The position numbers and the translations under genes were made by a program. Positions 1 to 8,903 of a DNA stretch of 64,000 bases are shown in pieces. Below the pieces are notes generated by a model. The model did no database searches, was not told the origin of the DNA, and saw only the letters and a program-made list of their open reading frames with translations. Numbering within the stretch: the first letter of the stretch is position 1; each line of letters opens with the position of its first letter. Source of the stretch: Thermoanaerobaculia bacterium (lineage in GTDB: Bacteria; Acidobacteriota; Thermoanaerobaculia; Multivoradales; J023); contig JAUIJL010000005.1 in assembly GCA_030431255.1 (NCBI GenBank), positions 29,313 through 93,312 of the forward strand. Direction: 5' to 3'.

Positions 1-1
1 G

Positions 2-847
2 GTGGAGATTCGGCGCCGACTGGGATTCATCTTCCAGGCGCACAACCTCTTCGAATCTTTGACCGCGCTGCAAAACGTGACCCTGGCTTTGGAGCTGCAC
101 GGCGAGAGCCGCCATGAGATCGATCGGCGAGCCAAAGCCATGCTCGGCGCCGTGGGCCTCGGGGATCGCATGGGCCACAAGCCGGAGGCCCTCTCCGGCG
201 GTCAGAGGCAGCGGGTCGCGGTCGCCCGTGCCCTCGCCCACCGACCCGGCCTGATCCTGGCGGACGAGCCCACCGCCGCTCTCGACGCCCAAACCGGTCG
301 ACAGGTGATCGAGCTCTTGCAAGAGCTGGCCCACGAGCAAAAGACCTCGACCCTTTTGGTCACCCACGACAACCGCATCCTCGATGTCGCCGATCGGATC
401 GTCAACATGGTCGACGGCCGAATCGTGTCCGACATCCGGGTCGGCGAATCCCTGGAGATCTGTGAGTTCCTCGCCAAGGTACCGGCGTTTGCCTCCCACA
501 GCCCAGGAGGCCTGACGGAAATCGCCGAGCACATGCGACGCCGCACCTTCGGCCCCGATGAGGTGATCTTTCGGGAGGGAGAAACCGGCCACGGATTCTT
601 CATCATTCGGTCGGGCTCGGTACGCATCCTCGACGATCCCGAAGGGCACGAGCTGGCGGTTCTCGAGCCGGGTCAATTCTTCGGCGAGGTGGCCCTGATG
701 ACCGGCCGGCCCCGCAATGCCACGGCCGTGGCCGTGGACCACACCGAGCTCCTCTTCCTGGCCAAAGAAGCGTTTCAACAAGCGCTCGACCGTGAAAAGA
801 GCTTTCGCGACCAATTGCTCCAGGTCTTCACGGTCCGCCATTCGTAG
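2..847 (+). CDS. ABC transporter ATP-binding protein (MacB/LolD-like), 5'-truncated at the window edge, fused to a C-terminal cyclic-nucleotide-binding (CAP effector) domain
   Basis: ABC signature LSGGQRQRVAVARAL, Walker B LILADEPT, H-loop LLVTHD. The C-terminal 120 aa carry cNMP-binding hallmarks (FREGETGHGFFIIRSG...FGEVALMTGRPRNATAVA). Confidence 0.8.
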   Translation: MEIRRRLGFIFQAHNLFESLTALQNVTLALELHGESRHEIDRRAKAMLGAVGLGDRMGHKPEALSGGQRQRVAVARALAHRPGLILADEPTAALDAQTGRQVIELLQELAHEQKTSTLLVTHDNRILDVADRIVNMVDGRIVSDIRVGESLEICEFLAKVPAFASHSPGGLTEIAEHMRRRTFGPDEVIFREGETGHGFFIIRSGSVRILDDPEGHELAVLEPGQFFGEVALMTGRPRNATAVAVDHTELLFLAKEAFQQALDREKSFRDQLLQVFTVRHS

Positions 848-1024
848 CTCCCACGGAACGGAAATCAAGCCAATTTGCTGCCGCCTTGTGCCCCCGAGCA
901 CGGGCGTTATACTTTTATCTGCACATTGTCGACCGCCGGCTCGAACGATGCGTTGGTCAAAAGCGAGCTTCCACCCTACCGTTCGACCTCCACGCCCCAT
1001 TCATCCGCCCGTACGGAGCCCCCC

Positions 1025-1438
1025 ATGAACCTCGCCGACAAGAGCATATTGATCGCCGAGGACAACCCCGTGAGCGCCATGGTCCTCGAAGGGATGCTCA
1101 GCTCCCTCGGTTGCCGCGCAACCACCGCCGCAGACGGTCTAGAAGCCTTGGAGCAGCTGGAGCAGGCATCTTTCGATCTGGTCCTGATGGATTGTCGGAT
1201 GCCCCGCCTCGACGGCTATCAAACCACCGAGCGGATCCGAGCCCATCCGCGATTCGCGGAGCTGCCGATCGTCGCGGTGACCGCCGAGCAGGGCCAAGAC
1301 CTCCAACGCTGCCTAGACGTGGGCATGAATCAGGTCCTGACCAAACCCGTCGAGCTGGAGAGCCTGCGCCGGGCCCTCGAGTCGTGGCTCAGAGCGCCCC
1401 CTGGGGTCTTCGCAGAGGAAAGCGGAGTCATCTTCTAG
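1025..1438 (+). CDS. Single-domain response regulator (CheY-like receiver)
   Basis: ILIAEDNPV...DLVLMDCRMPRLDGY...LPIVAVTA...TKP receiver motifs (Asp pocket, phospho-Asp, Thr, Lys). Start taken at Met51 of ORF 875..1438. Confidence 0.85.
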   Translation: MNLADKSILIAEDNPVSAMVLEGMLSSLGCRATTAADGLEALEQLEQASFDLVLMDCRMPRLDGYQTTERIRAHPRFAELPIVAVTAEQGQDLQRCLDVGMNQVLTKPVELESLRRALESWLRAPPGVFAEESGVIF

Positions 1439-1449
1439 GGGCCCTTGGG

Positions 1450-1600
1450 CTGGCCGTCCCCAACGTAGGGGAGGGCCTTGCGTCCTCCCGCTCTTCCGGA
1501 TTCCGAATCGGACGGGCGGGAAGGCGGCTGGCCGTCCCCAACGTAGGGGAGGGCCTTGCGCCCTCCCGCTCTTACGGATTCCGAATCGGATGGGCGTGGA
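1450..1600. repeat. Two tandem 78-bp direct repeats (about 93% identical), each with a GC-rich hairpin (gggagggccttgcgccctccc) and a short palindrome (tccgaatcgga); intergenic between the receiver gene and the giant adhesin gene
   Basis: The repeat unit ctggccgtccccaacgtaggggagggccttgcg[t/c]cctcccgctctt[c/a]cggattccgaatcgga is read directly at 1450 and 1528. Confidence 0.8.
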
Positions 1601-1733
1601 AGGCGAGAGGCTTTGCAGAGGTTTGCAAATCTGAATTGGAAGTTTTAACCTCACATTTCATGATAGTTTTCCCCTCACGTCACTGGGCGCTCATTTCCGG
1701 AGCGTTCCGAGAAACTTCTAGGGGAATCCTCTC

Positions 1734-4700
1734 ATGCAAAGCAAACCGACCGCGGCAACGCCTCTTATTGCTCTTCTAACTTGTTTGACGGCAGTTATAT
1801 GCTGGCTATCCGGCACGACTTCACACGGCCAAGAGCTGATCGACATGGATCAGGATTTCGAAGGCCTCGAAATCACAGCTCTCGCCCACCACGCAGGCAT
1901 TTCCCTGACTCAGGGCCAGCACAACGGTCTACAAAGCGGCGACCTCAACAACGACGGTCAAACCGATCTGGTGATCGGTGCCGGCGGCCGCAACGAAGCG
2001 ACTGTGCTGATTGACGGTGAGGTTTTCATCAAGCTCGGTCCGTTGGCCCCTTGCGGCACGGTGGACCTCAGCGATCCGGCGGAATTCGACATCCATATCG
2101 TCGGCTCCGACCCGCAGGACGTGCTCGGCTGGACCAGCCTGGTCGCGGACATCACCGGTGACGGAATCGACGACCTGCTGGTCAGCGCGTTGCGCGCCGA
2201 CGGTCCTGCCAACGCCCGAGCCGATACCGGTGAGATCTACGCCTTCTTCGGCCCCCTCTCCCCGGGCACTCTCGACGTGAGCACCGACGCCGACTGGACC
2301 CTCTACGGCGGACAGGACAACGAACCGCTCGGGGCCGATATGGCCATTGGCGATCTCAACCACGACGGCCAGCCGGATTTGGTGGTTGGGGCTCCGGACA
2401 CGGCGAACGTCCATCCCGGCGAAGCCCATATTTTCTTCGGTCCCATCGCCGCCGGCTCCCATGACCTGGCATCCCAACCCGCCGACGCCTCCGTCGTCAG
2501 CGCAGACACCGGTGACCAGGTCGGTTATTCCCTCGGCATCGCCGATCTCAGCGGCGACGGACTCGACGATTTGGTGGTTGCAGCCACCGGAGCTCGGCTC
2601 ATTGCCCAGGGTGAAACCTACGTCTTCTTCGGACCCATCGCCGCCGCCGCGGCCCTCGATCGAAATGACGCCGATGTGATCGTGCACGGCACTCGCACCA
2701 TTCAGAGCTTCGGTCGCGGGCTCGACATCGGCGATCTCAACCACGACGGTCAAAGCGATCTCGCCATCGCTTCCAGCTATTTGGAAAATCCCGCCACGAC
2801 CGAAATCACGGGCGCGGCTTCCGTGCTATTCGGTCCTTTGAGCACCGGCACCACCATCGCCTGGGATCAAACGGATGTCGTCTTGTTTATGAGCGAGGTT
2901 GGGCAGGTCCACGACTTGACCGTGGGCGACGTCACCGGCGATGGCTTCGACGATCTCGCGATCGGCGCACCCACCAAAAATCCCGAGGGTCGCGGCACCG
3001 CGGGCGAGGTGGAGATCGCCTTCGGTCCTCTCGCTTCGGGTGTGTGGAACTTTGCCACGAGCCCGGCCGATCTACGCATCATCGGCAAGACCCAGAACGG
3101 CCAGCTCGGCCGGGGCATGACCATCGCCGACCTCACCGGAGACGGCGACTTGGACCTCACCATCTCCGCGTCTTTCCACGCCAATGTCCATGGCACCAAC
3201 GGTGAGGTCTACGTTTACGACGGCCCGGTCGGCTTCCCGATCGACGCCGATCCAGCGCCGGCTTGTGTCGCCTCCAGCCCGCTGACTCTCGCCGGCAGCA
3301 TCAGCTCCGGCCAATCGATCGACCAAGTCGAGGCCCTGGTCAACGGTAATGCCGTCGGCACGGTCTGCTTGGGATGCGGCATCGACCCCAGCTTCTCTTT
3401 TGACTTCCCCCTCGCCGCCTGTGACAACCTGATGCGCTTCCGAGCCGTCGACGACACCGGCCAAGTGGGCGTCGCCACCCGAAAGACTCGCCTGGACGCC
3501 GATGGGCCGGTCTTCGGCGATTGCAACGACATCGAGGTCGAGGTGGCGGAAGGCATCAACGGTGCCGGCGTCCAATTCAATCCGGATCCGGTGGACGCTT
3601 GCGACGGCAACCTGCCGAGCTCCTGCAGCCACGCTTCCGGCAGCTTCTTCCCCCTCGGCGTGACCCAGGTTTCCTGCGACAGCACCGACACCTGCGGCAA
3701 TCCATCGACCTGCGACTTCCGGGTGATCGTCGAAACCGAGACCTTCGACAATACGGAATGCCGGGAAGACGACTTCTCCCAGCCACCGAGCGCGATCTGG
3801 TCCCTCGACACCGTGGGCGACGCCTCCGCCTTGGAAGCCGGAGCGTCCGTCAGCGGCGGCGAGCTGCACCTCAAGGGCACGGGCACGTCTCTCTACGACG
3901 ATCCCCAGGATCACACCACGTTCTTGCACCAAACTGTGACCGGTGACTTCTTCGTCGAAACCGAGATCACCTCCATCCCCGTGGACCTCGGCGGCCAATA
4001 CCGCAAAGGTGGGGTGATGGTGCGCGCAGGTCTAGCGGACGACGCGCCCCGGGTGATGGTGCAATTGGTCCCCCACTTCCCCCAAGGCGCGGGCGACACC
4101 ATGGCGATTCAATTTCACTATCGCGATGCCCTCGGCCAGGCCTTCGAGCTGGGCAGCACGGTGCAGAACATCACCTTGCCGGTTCGGGTCGGCATGTCCC
4201 GCCGTGGTGACGACCTGACGGTCTACTTCGCACGCGACGGTCAGCCGTGGGTCCAACCCGCGGGCGGCTTGGGCAGCGGTCTGGTCAACCTGGATCTCGG
4301 ACCGGACGCCTTGGTGGGTCTCAACGTCACCTCCTACGACGACCAACAACCTTTCACCATGGGCTTCAACGAGGCGTCGATCTGCCAGCCGAATGACGTC
4401 GATCCAGATCCGGTCTCGGTCGGCTGTGACGACCAGGATCCCGTGGATGTGATCTACCTGATGGACCTATCGGGCAGCATGGCCCGCACTTTCGACGGCA
4501 CCTCCAAGCTGGAAGCGTCTCGCCAAGCGATTCACCGCTTGAACGACACCTTCAGCACCTTGACCGACGGCAGCCAAGCGGCTTTGATCACCTACTCCTT
4601 GGGGCAATTCGAGACCGATCCCGCCCAGGCGACCCAAGTGGTGAGCTCGTTCACCGACTTCGCTTCCGTCAGCACGGCAGTGGACGGCCTCAACTTCGGC

Positions 4701-6209
4701 GCGGTGCAGCCCCTGGACGCTTCGCCCACGGCTCTAGCGCTGGCGGCCGCGACCCAGCTCCTGCAAAGCGCCGGCAATCCGGCCCATCGGCAAGTCTTGA
4801 TTTGGTTCACCGACAACCTTCCGAACGTCGACGATCAGCTCAACGGCGGCTCGGTCTACCAGGAGTCGGAGGTGAGGGCACTGAGCATCCTCGACGGCGT
4901 TGGCGATTTCCTGCCCCGCGGCGAGGTCGCGTGGCTGGGCAACGCCAACATCTTGTCCGGCGGCACCATCGTCTTCGACGGTGAGGTGTTGGCGGACGCC
5001 ATGGCCGGCATCGAGAACCTGCTCGCCGGCTTCCCCACCACCCGCATCCTGAGCGCCGTGCCTCGGGACGACGGCTCGTCGAGCCCGGTGATCTCCGAGG
5101 AGCTGTTGGACTATGCGGCCCACCAGAGCGGCGGCGCGGTCTTCGGCGGCACGGGCTCCGACCAACTGATCGAGGCCATGTCCGACCTGCTGGCGGAGGC
5201 CTATTGCAACATCGAAGGGGGCGCCAGCGTCGGCGGCCGAATCTGGCGCGATCTCGATGCCGACGGCACCCAAGATAGCGGCGAAAACGGCGTCTACGGT
5301 GTCACGGTGGAGCTGCTCGACAACACCCAGACCGTGATTGCTTCCGCCGTCACCGGCACCTCGGGCACCTATCGCTTCATCGATATCCCGGCCGGTAGCT
5401 ACGACGTCCGGATCGATTCGGCGAGCCTGCCGTCGGAGCTGACCATCGCCACCTTCGATCCCGACGGTGTGGGCTCCGCGGACTCCTTCGCCGTGACCCT
5501 CGCCGCTTTTGACGCCATCACCGACGGGGACTTCGGTTACGGGGAGACCACCCCGAACACCCAACCGCTGACCGCCTGCGTCGACGACGACTTCAACGAC
5601 GGCGTTCTGCAAGCGGATTGGCGGTCGACCTACCTGGGCAACGCCGACCAGGGCACGGTGGACGAGTCCAATGGCTCGCTCAAGCTCTCCGGTGACGGCA
5701 CGACCCTCTTCGGCGCGTCCGACAACGGTCACTACTTGTACCGTCACGTCAACGGTGATTTCCGCGCCGAGGTCGACGTGGTCGACTTCCCGGTGGATCA
5801 AGGCGGCGCCTACCGCAAGGCCGGTCTGATGGTGCGCGACGGCTTCGGCAGCGCGGCTCCGCGGGTGATGGTGCAATTCGTTCCCCATTGGGCGGGCGGC
5901 AGTAGCACCGCTTTGCAATTCGGCTACCGCGGCACGGCCGGTGCGTCCGACGCGCTCTTGGCCACCAACGTGAACAACCTGCAGCTGCCGGTGCGCATCG
6001 CCATCGAGCGCCAGGGCAACCTATTCACCGTGGAATACTCCACCGACGGCGGCACCACGTGGATTCAGCCCACCGGCCAAGCCGGCGGCTCCATCAGCCT
6101 GAGCATGAGCCCGATTCTTTCCGTGGGTCTGGACGCGGTGTCCTACGACGCCGAGCTCGAGCTGACGGCTGAGCTGGACGATTGGAGCCTGTGCCCTCTG
6201 ACGCCCTGA
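1734..6209 (+). CDS. Large secreted multidomain adhesin-like protein. Domain order: signal peptide, FG-GAP/integrin-alpha beta-propeller repeats, HYR-like Cys-rich domain, ConA-like jelly-roll domain, VWA (MIDAS) domain, Cna-B/SdrD-B domain, second ConA-like domain.
   Basis: N-terminal signal peptide. Repeated DLNNDGQTDLVIGA / DITGDGIDDLLVSA / DLNHDGQPDLVVGAP FG-GAP units. VWA motif VIYLMDLSGSM. Cna-B-like GGRIWRDLDADGTQDSGENGVYGVTVELLD. Two paralogous segments (YRKGGVMVR...APRVMVQLVPH versus YRKAGLMVR...APRVMVQFVPH). Confidence 0.85.
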   Translation: MQSKPTAATPLIALLTCLTAVICWLSGTTSHGQELIDMDQDFEGLEITALAHHAGISLTQGQHNGLQSGDLNNDGQTDLVIGAGGRNEATVLIDGEVFIKLGPLAPCGTVDLSDPAEFDIHIVGSDPQDVLGWTSLVADITGDGIDDLLVSALRADGPANARADTGEIYAFFGPLSPGTLDVSTDADWTLYGGQDNEPLGADMAIGDLNHDGQPDLVVGAPDTANVHPGEAHIFFGPIAAGSHDLASQPADASVVSADTGDQVGYSLGIADLSGDGLDDLVVAATGARLIAQGETYVFFGPIAAAAALDRNDADVIVHGTRTIQSFGRGLDIGDLNHDGQSDLAIASSYLENPATTEITGAASVLFGPLSTGTTIAWDQTDVVLFMSEVGQVHDLTVGDVTGDGFDDLAIGAPTKNPEGRGTAGEVEIAFGPLASGVWNFATSPADLRIIGKTQNGQLGRGMTIADLTGDGDLDLTISASFHANVHGTNGEVYVYDGPVGFPIDADPAPACVASSPLTLAGSISSGQSIDQVEALVNGNAVGTVCLGCGIDPSFSFDFPLAACDNLMRFRAVDDTGQVGVATRKTRLDADGPVFGDCNDIEVEVAEGINGAGVQFNPDPVDACDGNLPSSCSHASGSFFPLGVTQVSCDSTDTCGNPSTCDFRVIVETETFDNTECREDDFSQPPSAIWSLDTVGDASALEAGASVSGGELHLKGTGTSLYDDPQDHTTFLHQTVTGDFFVETEITSIPVDLGGQYRKGGVMVRAGLADDAPRVMVQLVPHFPQGAGDTMAIQFHYRDALGQAFELGSTVQNITLPVRVGMSRRGDDLTVYFARDGQPWVQPAGGLGSGLVNLDLGPDALVGLNVTSYDDQQPFTMGFNEASICQPNDVDPDPVSVGCDDQDPVDVIYLMDLSGSMARTFDGTSKLEASRQAIHRLNDTFSTLTDGSQAALITYSLGQFETDPAQATQVVSSFTDFASVSTAVDGLNFGAVQPLDASPTALALAAATQLLQSAGNPAHRQVLIWFTDNLPNVDDQLNGGSVYQESEVRALSILDGVGDFLPRGEVAWLGNANILSGGTIVFDGEVLADAMAGIENLLAGFPTTRILSAVPRDDGSSSPVISEELLDYAAHQSGGAVFGGTGSDQLIEAMSDLLAEAYCNIEGGASVGGRIWRDLDADGTQDSGENGVYGVTVELLDNTQTVIASAVTGTSGTYRFIDIPAGSYDVRIDSASLPSELTIATFDPDGVGSADSFAVTLAAFDAITDGDFGYGETTPNTQPLTACVDDDFNDGVLQADWRSTYLGNADQGTVDESNGSLKLSGDGTTLFGASDNGHYLYRHVNGDFRAEVDVVDFPVDQGGAYRKAGLMVRDGFGSAAPRVMVQFVPHWAGGSSTALQFGYRGTAGASDALLATNVNNLQLPVRIAIERQGNLFTVEYSTDGGTTWIQPTGQAGGSISLSMSPILSVGLDAVSYDAELELTAELDDWSLCPLTP

Positions 6210-6217
6210 TCGCTACC

Positions 6218-6302
6218 CAACGGCATAGCCAAAACAACGGCATAGCCAAAACAACGGCATAGCCAAAACAACGGCATTGCCAAAACAACGGCATTGCCAA
6301 AA
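6218..6302. repeat. 17-bp tandem repeat x5 (caacggcatagccaaaa x3, then caacggcattgccaaaa x2), starting 9 bp after the adhesin gene stop
   Basis: Read directly in the sequence; five perfect or near-perfect head-to-tail units. Confidence 0.9.
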
Positions 6303-6804
6303 CCGGCTCGGGGTCTTGGGCCCCGGGCCGGTTTTCTTTACCCAGCCGGGTTGGCCGTTCAGCGAGCGACCTGCCCCGGTTTCAACACCCATTGGGGCTC
6401 GGTGGGCTCGCGACCTCCCGCGGAGTGATCGAGCGACGCTCCACGGAGCCGGGAATCGTGTGGGACGTCGCGGCACCAGGGCTGAACGCCGGCTCCCCGG
6501 GACCACCCACCAACCATGTGCCCGACCCGCGCCCTTCGCAGCCGGATCCCAATCCCGCCGACATCGCCAAGCCGCCGAGCCCGAGCCGATAGAAGAGTCG
6601 ACGGCGATCGAAAAAGATGTGAGACGGCGTCACCCGCTCCATGGGATCTATCTTCGCCTCGTTGAGCGATTTTCTTTGGATATCTTTCATGGGCACAGTC
6701 CTCGGCGTGGCTCGGACGCGGGAAGCTTTCGTCTCACCGAGCCTACGGTTGGGCCAAGGAATTGGCCTCATCCAGGCCACCAAGCACCGACAGGCTCAAC
6801 GACA

Positions 6805-8016
6805 TCAGTGCAATGCAGTGTTTTGCGCGGTCCGAGAGAGGTACATCGAAAGACCGATCGGCGCCAGCAGAGGCGGCAACAACAACACTGCTTGCGCCAA
6901 AGCCGGGAGCAAATCCAAAGCACCGCTTTCGCTGAAAATAATCGCCGCAGCGCCCAAAACGACCCAAGGTAACGCCCCGCGATCCTCGGATCGTCGGCTC
7001 CACGCCAGGGCCGACGCGCCGCACAGCATCGGCACGAAAATTATCAAGCTATGGCTCCAGATGACCGGCATGCCCAACATGCCCAACAGACACAACAGCA
7101 CCAGGTCGAGCCGTCGGTCCTGCCGCCGGCGAAGTCGCCACCAAGCCACCGAGCAGATCGCGCCGGTGAAAAGCACCAAAATCCACAGGGGCGAGCACTC
7201 AACGCCGAGGGTCTGCAAGATTCGACCGATCGATACCGCGCGAATATCCGTCAATGAGCTCGGGCGAGCCGCGGGCATCTCAAATAAGTAGGGAGACGGC
7301 GCGTTCAGCACCAGACTCGCCACCCCGGCAGAGATCGACGTCTTCAGCCACGGACGATGACGGGCCACCCAACCTCCCACCCCGAGGACGGCCACCGCCG
7401 GAACGGCAAACGGTTTGATCAACACCGAGCAGGCCAAGAGACAACCCGCCACCACCGGCCGTCGTTCCATGATCTCCAAAGCCGTCCACAACAGCGCAAT
7501 GGCCATAAACGACACATTGGCGACCGCCACCCCCAGCTCGACCCCCGTCGACACCACCAGCAGCCCACCGACCAGGAACCAGACCTTTAGGGAATCGTTC
7601 CTGGAGGAATTGGCCCCCGTGCCACCGAATCGACGCCACCATCGCACCGCCCACCCCGCGATCACCAGCAGGGAGCAAAAGCTGAGCAGGCGCAGGAGAG
7701 CCCGGCTGCCTTCCATGCCGAGCCATCGGCTCGACCAGCTACCGAGATGGGCAAAGGCCGGCGGGTAAAGATAGCCGTCGACAGTGAAGGGAGAACGTCC
7801 CTGGGTAACCGCCTCGAAGGCCAGGAGATAAATCCCCTCATCCACCCGCGTCTCGGAATCCAACCAAGTGTCCCCGAAGCGCAAAAGCAAAAGCCCGGCG
7901 ACGATCAAAGGCCCGACTACAGCCCTCCACGCGCCCCATCTTTCGACACCGGAAGTGGCCGTCCGCTCGGATTCAGCTCCGCGAGATGTTGGTCTTTCGA
8001 TCGTGTTTCTCCCCAA
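6805..8016 (-). CDS. Polytopic integral membrane protein, GT-C-fold (DUF2029/PMT-ArnT-like) glycosyltransferase candidate
   Basis: About 10 hydrophobic helices. DEGIY motif (DE-x-x-Y) in the first predicted extracytoplasmic loop, as in GT39/GT83/GT87 enzymes. Exact start uncertain. Confidence 0.55.
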   Translation of the reverse strand: MGRNTIERPTSRGAESERTATSGVERWGAWRAVVGPLIVAGLLLLRFGDTWLDSETRVDEGIYLLAFEAVTQGRSPFTVDGYLYPPAFAHLGSWSSRWLGMEGSRALLRLLSFCSLLVIAGWAVRWWRRFGGTGANSSRNDSLKVWFLVGGLLVVSTGVELGVAVANVSFMAIALLWTALEIMERRPVVAGCLLACSVLIKPFAVPAVAVLGVGGWVARHRPWLKTSISAGVASLVLNAPSPYLFEMPAARPSSLTDIRAVSIGRILQTLGVECSPLWILVLFTGAICSVAWWRLRRRQDRRLDLVLLCLLGMLGMPVIWSHSLIIFVPMLCGASALAWSRRSEDRGALPWVVLGAAAIIFSESGALDLLPALAQAVLLLPPLLAPIGLSMYLSRTAQNTALH

Positions 8017-8163
8017 TGAGCCGCGATCATATCCCGGCTCCCAAAACCCGGCCGGTAGCGGCCCGGATCCAAGACCACAGGTTTCGATAGGATGGGGATC
8101 TGGGTCTTCCTACTGAAGTCTCAGATCTCTGCGTGCCGTGCTTCCACGGCCGATTTCGAGAGG

Positions 8164-8802
8164 ATGCCCATGTCGAATGAGCCCGACCTGCCCCACGACT
8201 CCGCGGACGACGCGATTTCGCCGGAAATCACCCGGCTGCTGCAGAGTTGGACCTCGGGTGATGCCCAAGCCGCGTCGACGCTACTGGAGAAGGTCTATCG
8301 GGATTTGCGCAAACAGGCCGCGAGCTATTTGCGCCGAGAGCGCTCCAACATCACCTACCAGCCGACGGCTCTGGTGAATGAGGTCTACATGAAGCTCAGT
8401 GAGCAGGACCGCATTCAATGGCAGAGCCGATCCCATTTCTTTGCAATCTCCGCCCAGCTCATGCGCCGGATCCTGGTGGATCATGCCCGTGCTCGCCACA
8501 GTCAAAAGCGGGGCGGAGATCAGGTCAAGGTGCCGTTCGAGCTGGCTTTGGAAAAAGCGGAGGTGCGGCCCAGCGAGCTGTTGGCCCTGCACGACGCGCT
8601 GAAAGAGCTGGCGGCCGTGGACCCCATGAAGGCCCAATTGGTGGAGCTCCGGTTTTTCGGTGGCCTGCAATTTCAAGAGATCGCCAAGGTGCTCGACGTA
8701 TCCTCTCCGACGGTCAATCGACATTGGCGGGTGGCGCGGGCATGGCTGTTCCGGCAGCTGAACGGCGAGGCGGGCTCCGAGACCGAAAATCCGCTTCCTT
8801 GA
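8164..8802 (+). CDS. ECF-type RNA polymerase sigma factor (sigma-70 family, TIGR02999-like group common in Acidobacteria/Planctomycetes/Myxococcota)
   Basis: LLQSWTSGDAQAASTLLEKVYRDLRKQAASYL...ALVNEVYMKL (region 2) and LVELRFFGGLQFQEIAKVLDVSSPTVNRHWRVARAWL (region 4 HTH). Start taken at Met25 of the ORF. Confidence 0.85.
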   Translation: MPMSNEPDLPHDSADDAISPEITRLLQSWTSGDAQAASTLLEKVYRDLRKQAASYLRRERSNITYQPTALVNEVYMKLSEQDRIQWQSRSHFFAISAQLMRRILVDHARARHSQKRGGDQVKVPFELALEKAEVRPSELLALHDALKELAAVDPMKAQLVELRFFGGLQFQEIAKVLDVSSPTVNRHWRVARAWLFRQLNGEAGSETENPLP

Positions 8803-8816
8803 GTCGGCTTCCGCAC

Positions 8817-8880
8817 AAAAAAATCCCGCCTTTCGGCGGGAGGAAAGGGACGGCGTTCGCCGTCTCGGAGCTTGTTTAAC
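8817..8880. terminator. Bidirectional terminator region between convergent ECF sigma and RND-OMF genes: hairpin cccgcctttcggcggg flanked by an A7/T7 run, and hairpin gacggcgttcgccgtc
   Basis: Inverted repeats read directly. On the minus strand the first hairpin is followed by TTTTTTT. Confidence 0.55.
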
Positions 8881-8903
8881 TTGTCTAAAACGTGCTGCTC
8901 GGA

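Noticed and set aside
886-1779. 297-aa ORF overlapping the receiver gene and the 78-bp repeats
   Set aside because: Arg/Pro-rich translation in an alternative frame of a clear receiver CDS; it also spans intergenic repeats.
1929-5918. Long antisense ORFs inside the giant adhesin gene (1929..2753, 3072..3998, 3215..3886, 4734..5918)
   Set aside because: They overlap a well-supported 1491-aa CDS on the opposite strand, show low-complexity G/R/A-rich translations and have no domain features. This is the typical high-GC antisense ORF artefact.
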